Assembly (NCBI GenBank): GCA_020137815.1
Contig: CM035356.1
Location: 3,596,001 to 3,660,000 of the forward strand
Direction of reading: 5' to 3'
DNA from: Hormiphora californensis
Taxonomy: Eukaryota > Animalia > Ctenophora
Length of the DNA stretch: 64,000 nt
Position 1 is the first letter of the stretch, and each line of letters begins with the position of its first letter. Positions 51,680-64,000 of this stretch are shown here, piece by piece. The notes under the pieces were generated by a model. That model had not been told where the DNA came from. It searched no databases and worked only from the letters and a program-made list of their open reading frames with translations. The translations under genes and the position numbers were made by a program.

Positions 51680-51766
51680 CAGGAACCGACCGGACCAAGT
51701 AAACAACCAATCAGAGCTCGTTATTTAGGTCACGTGACTGGTTATCAGCCAATCGGTCGATTCCTG
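51680..51766. mobile_element. 87-bp hAT-type MITE
   Basis: ATTTTAGC|CAGGAACCGACC...GGTCGATTCCTG|ATTTTAGC (8-bp TSD). The TIR is related to that of the 45692 element. It resembles a very abundant Pleurobrachia repeat (from memory). Confidence 0.88.
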
Positions 51767-52327
51767 ATTTTAGCTATAAATTTATATATGAACCGTGGTC
51801 CGTTGTCCCATTGTTTAAAGCTGGGTAATATATTGTGCAGGTAGGGAGATATGACGTCATGTGGAACAGCAATATTAACTGCACAGTAATTATATATATA
51901 TTTATATATATATATATATAAGGAGGCTGAAGAGTGAGTGCTATAACTGCAATTCACTATTCAGCGATACTCTCTCTATCTCTCTCTCTCTCACTGTACT
52001 GGGGTGGAATTGTACACAGAAACTGTCTAAAACTCCAACCCAGTTAGTGTATATTATTCAAAACTGTGGTATTTAATCAAACAAGGGGCACCTCTAAGGT
52101 AAGGCGCTAATTATAACGTTTTATTGGGCTCCACAAAATGTAGCTGGAGGGAAAAAGGAGTTGACACGTGACTCGCTCAATATAATTATTATGTATGCCT
52201 ATCTAGTACAGAAAAAACGAATAATCCCTGCTGTTAAAATACAGACTCTTTCTCATTTTCTCCTACCAATGGTATTAAGAATTGCCCCACTTCAGAACTT
52301 TGAAACTGTTATATCTGATGTATTCAT

Positions 52328-61531
<9,204 letters not shown>

Positions 61532-61845
61532 AACGCACTCACAATCTCTCTCTCTCTCTTTCTCTCAGTTGTGGCTGATATTGGTACAGGGGTTTATCAC
61601 GAACTGCATTTACCAATCGCTCGTCTGTGTGACATCGGCAGAGGGGAGGAGAAATGGGTTAGAAAATTCAGTGAGATTATCAGCATTTCAAATGAGTTAT
61701 TATCGATTATCATGGTTTACACAATTTACATCAATATTTACATTTATGTACATGGAATGCTTTCGAATGCCTAGCTAGACAGTATAAAATTCTTTTTCTG
61801 GGATCTAAAAATATAAACACATGAAAGCGTTTATGACGCTGAAAG

Positions 61846-62868
61846 TTAGGCCAGGCTTGGCAGTTCGCTATTTGGTACAGGTAGGTTTTGCAAAGCCTCG
61901 TTTGGAGGCTCATTACTTCGGATATCGTCGCTTTGAGGCTCTGGAATTTCCTGGTTATTCAATTGTGACCCTGTTTGCAGTTCAGGTTCCACCCTTGGTG
62001 GCAGGACAGCCACACTCCGAGGTTGTGTTGCTGAGGGCTGCTGCAGCTCCTCAGTTGGAGCCCCTCGTTCCCTGGCCCTCCGGACCCTGTCATACTCCCG
62101 TGCCCGCTCTCTCCGGGGGCAGGGAGGGGGACGGGGCCTCCGGACCCTCCTGTCCCGCTCAGGCGGAGCCCGAACCTGCTGGCGACACTTTGGACACGTA
62201 GTTCTCTGTCTCAGCCAGGGATCAACACACGACACATGATAATCGTGTTTACAATTCAAAACCTTCGCTTTGTCCCCCTTTTTGAAATCCTCCAAACAAA
62301 TATCACAACTACCCCCGCCATCATCCTTGACTTTTCGAACAGGTATTCGCTGGATTTGAGCCAGAGTAAGGATGCGTGGAGCAATATGGGGGAGTCTATC
62401 CTCTGGAATTTGTTCCCCCGGTTCAAACCACACCTCTCTGTTTCGTTGTGGTGCTGGAAACACATGGCTGTTAATATCGATATCTCCACCTCCAGCCTGT
62501 CGCGGAGGGACCTGTGACGAATCTCTAAAACCCAAGTTTTCAGAGCTGTTTAGCGGAATGCCACCTCTACGGGGTGGTCGGAACGAATGACGTGATTGTC
62601 TCTGGCCGTTACGGTCACGTCTCCGGGGTTGCCGAGGCACCACTGGTAATAGAGACATGAGATTGAGCGAGTTGTCGATCACCCTGTTTAGCTCTTCGTC
62701 AACCGAAAACAACTCTTCGGCATCTGGAACCATCGATCGCGTGCCAATGTCAGAACTGCTGTTGAATCCAGATCTCACAGAGTCTCGAAATGTGCTCATC
62801 TGCGACTCAATTTCATTGAAAATGTTGTCTGTCATTCCACTTCTTCCCGACCAAGAAACGTGAAGCAT
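61846..62868 (-). CDS. Intronless RING-H2 (C3H2C3) E3-ligase-like ORF, 340 aa
   Basis: LTLAQIQRIP...CDICLEDFKKGDKAKVLNCKHDYHVSCVDPWLRQRTTCPKCR is a canonical RING-H2 with low-complexity flanks. Confidence 0.85.
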   Translation of the reverse strand: MLHVSWSGRSGMTDNIFNEIESQMSTFRDSVRSGFNSSSDIGTRSMVPDAEELFSVDEELNRVIDNSLNLMSLLPVVPRQPRRRDRNGQRQSRHSFRPPRRGGIPLNSSENLGFRDSSQVPPRQAGGGDIDINSHVFPAPQRNREVWFEPGEQIPEDRLPHIAPRILTLAQIQRIPVRKVKDDGGGSCDICLEDFKKGDKAKVLNCKHDYHVSCVDPWLRQRTTCPKCRQQVRAPPERDRRVRRPRPPPCPRRERAREYDRVRRARERGAPTEELQQPSATQPRSVAVLPPRVEPELQTGSQLNNQEIPEPQSDDIRSNEPPNEALQNLPVPNSELPSLA

Positions 62869-63196
62869 GGCCTACTGCGACAGGAATTTCGACCGTTCAG
62901 GATTTGAAATGTAGGACCTAAAAAATAAAATGTACAACAAAGGACAGTCAATTAATAGTAAAAAGACATGGGGATCGAGCCAAGGCCTAAGAAAAACAAA
63001 AATGGTCAACGCCGTCCGCAGAACAGGAAAAGAAAAAAGCGCGAGTGGATTTTTTTTGTGGAGCTTCATTTTTTTTTTTTTGGGGGGAGAGCGCTCCCGT
63101 ATTAAAACCTTGGTTCCGAGAGTACTCGGATGTACATGATGCATGCGCTCTCTGGCGCCAAAGGAACTCTGTGCTATAAGGCACTACAACAATCAA

Positions 63197-64000
63197 TTAC
63201 ATCAGATATAAATCTTCAGTAGTGTCCTCTCTCAGTCTTCCTCTGAACCCTCGAAGTGAAAGAGTGACACTCCTCACCATCGAGAAGGACAATCTTAGGC
63301 GAATATATCTCACACACTCTTCGTATCTGTTGCCACTCTTGTCTGATTTCTTTTCTGCAAGATGCTTTACGAAGCGGGAGAACTCACGCCCGAGACCGCC
63401 AGTTGTTGCCATAACCAGGGGAGTAAACGCTCCACCATCCACTTCTAACACCCTATGGTTGTATCCCGTCTTCTTTTCTTTCTCGTGTTTGATGAATGTC
63501 TGGGGGATCGACTGGACAGCATTGGATGTGGCTTGGGAGTTTAATACTCTTACGTCGAAGAATGCCTTGTCCATTGGTGTCCAGAAGTCCCGTGTAGAAA
63601 TGTCCAGTCGAGCGTGATCGTCCGTTATTGTTCCTTCAGGAAGATCCCGCCCGTTGGTGGAAAGAAGGCGAGGTTCAATCTGAGTGTTGTAACATACTCT
63701 GTCCAGTTCCCCTGCAATGTAGTCTCGAACACGGTTGTGTCGGAGAGAAACATATCCACCTTTCTTACATGATAATGCATGTTCGATAGTGTTTTTCTCC
63801 CCACAGCAGCATGTTTCAGGCCTCGGATCCCCAACTATCGGCATGTTATACCTAACAGACATTGCATCGTGAAACTCTTGTCTCGTAAGATGAAATCGGA
63901 GTTTCTCAAGTGGCAAGCACGTGAGAAATGAAGAGGCCCCTTTCTCGCTAATCCAGTCGAGGTTTCTCTGTTCTTTGGGACTTAGCTTCTGTTTTATCTT
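63197..64000 (-). mobile_element. 3' part of a CRE-like non-LTR retrotransposon ORF (CCHC finger + restriction-like endonuclease); continues beyond the window
   Basis: CCCG...EHALSCKKGG...RHN...ARLDI...AFFDVRV...HEKEKK.GY...FTPLVMATTGGLG is the signature of CRE-clade RLE domains. Confidence 0.88.

Noticed and set aside
48000-52327. Roquin-binding CDE stem-loop in Roquin's own putative 3' UTR
   Set aside because: A partial scan by eye found no clear UUC-YRY-GAA triloop hairpin. The only core match seen (about 59370) is intronic. A covariance or motif search is needed.

Overview
Eukaryotic, intron-rich, (GA)n-rich genomic DNA, most likely from a cydippid ctenophore (Pleurobrachia/Hormiphora-like). 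That call rests on a spliced-leader-like sequence, an 87-bp MITE and a secreted domain I recall from ctenophores. Host genes: Sec23 (-, 11 coding exons), Roquin/RC3H (-), an MTUS1/MTUS2/CCDC69-like coiled-coil gene (+, about 22 kb), an antisense nested secreted Sushi-domain gene, two small orphan multi-exon genes and an intronless RING-H2 ORF. Mobile DNA: a full-length L2/CR1-group LINE, two LINE fragments, the 3' end of a CRE-like RLE retrotransposon, two Merlin-like foldback elements each carrying a nested insertion, TA-flanked MITEs, MULE-like and hAT MITEs and a mini-Helitron. The top candidate for a new system is the full-length LINE. Its 5' end is a ctenophore spliced-leader-like sequence, suggesting it was copied from a trans-spliced RNA, and its ORF2 has no suitable AUG but sits behind an in-frame A_AAA_AAC -1 slippery site. 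Two tracts (about 17.9-18.55 kb and 56.96-57.96 kb) look like low-quality sequence. All coordinates and exon models were read by eye, and no database searches were run.
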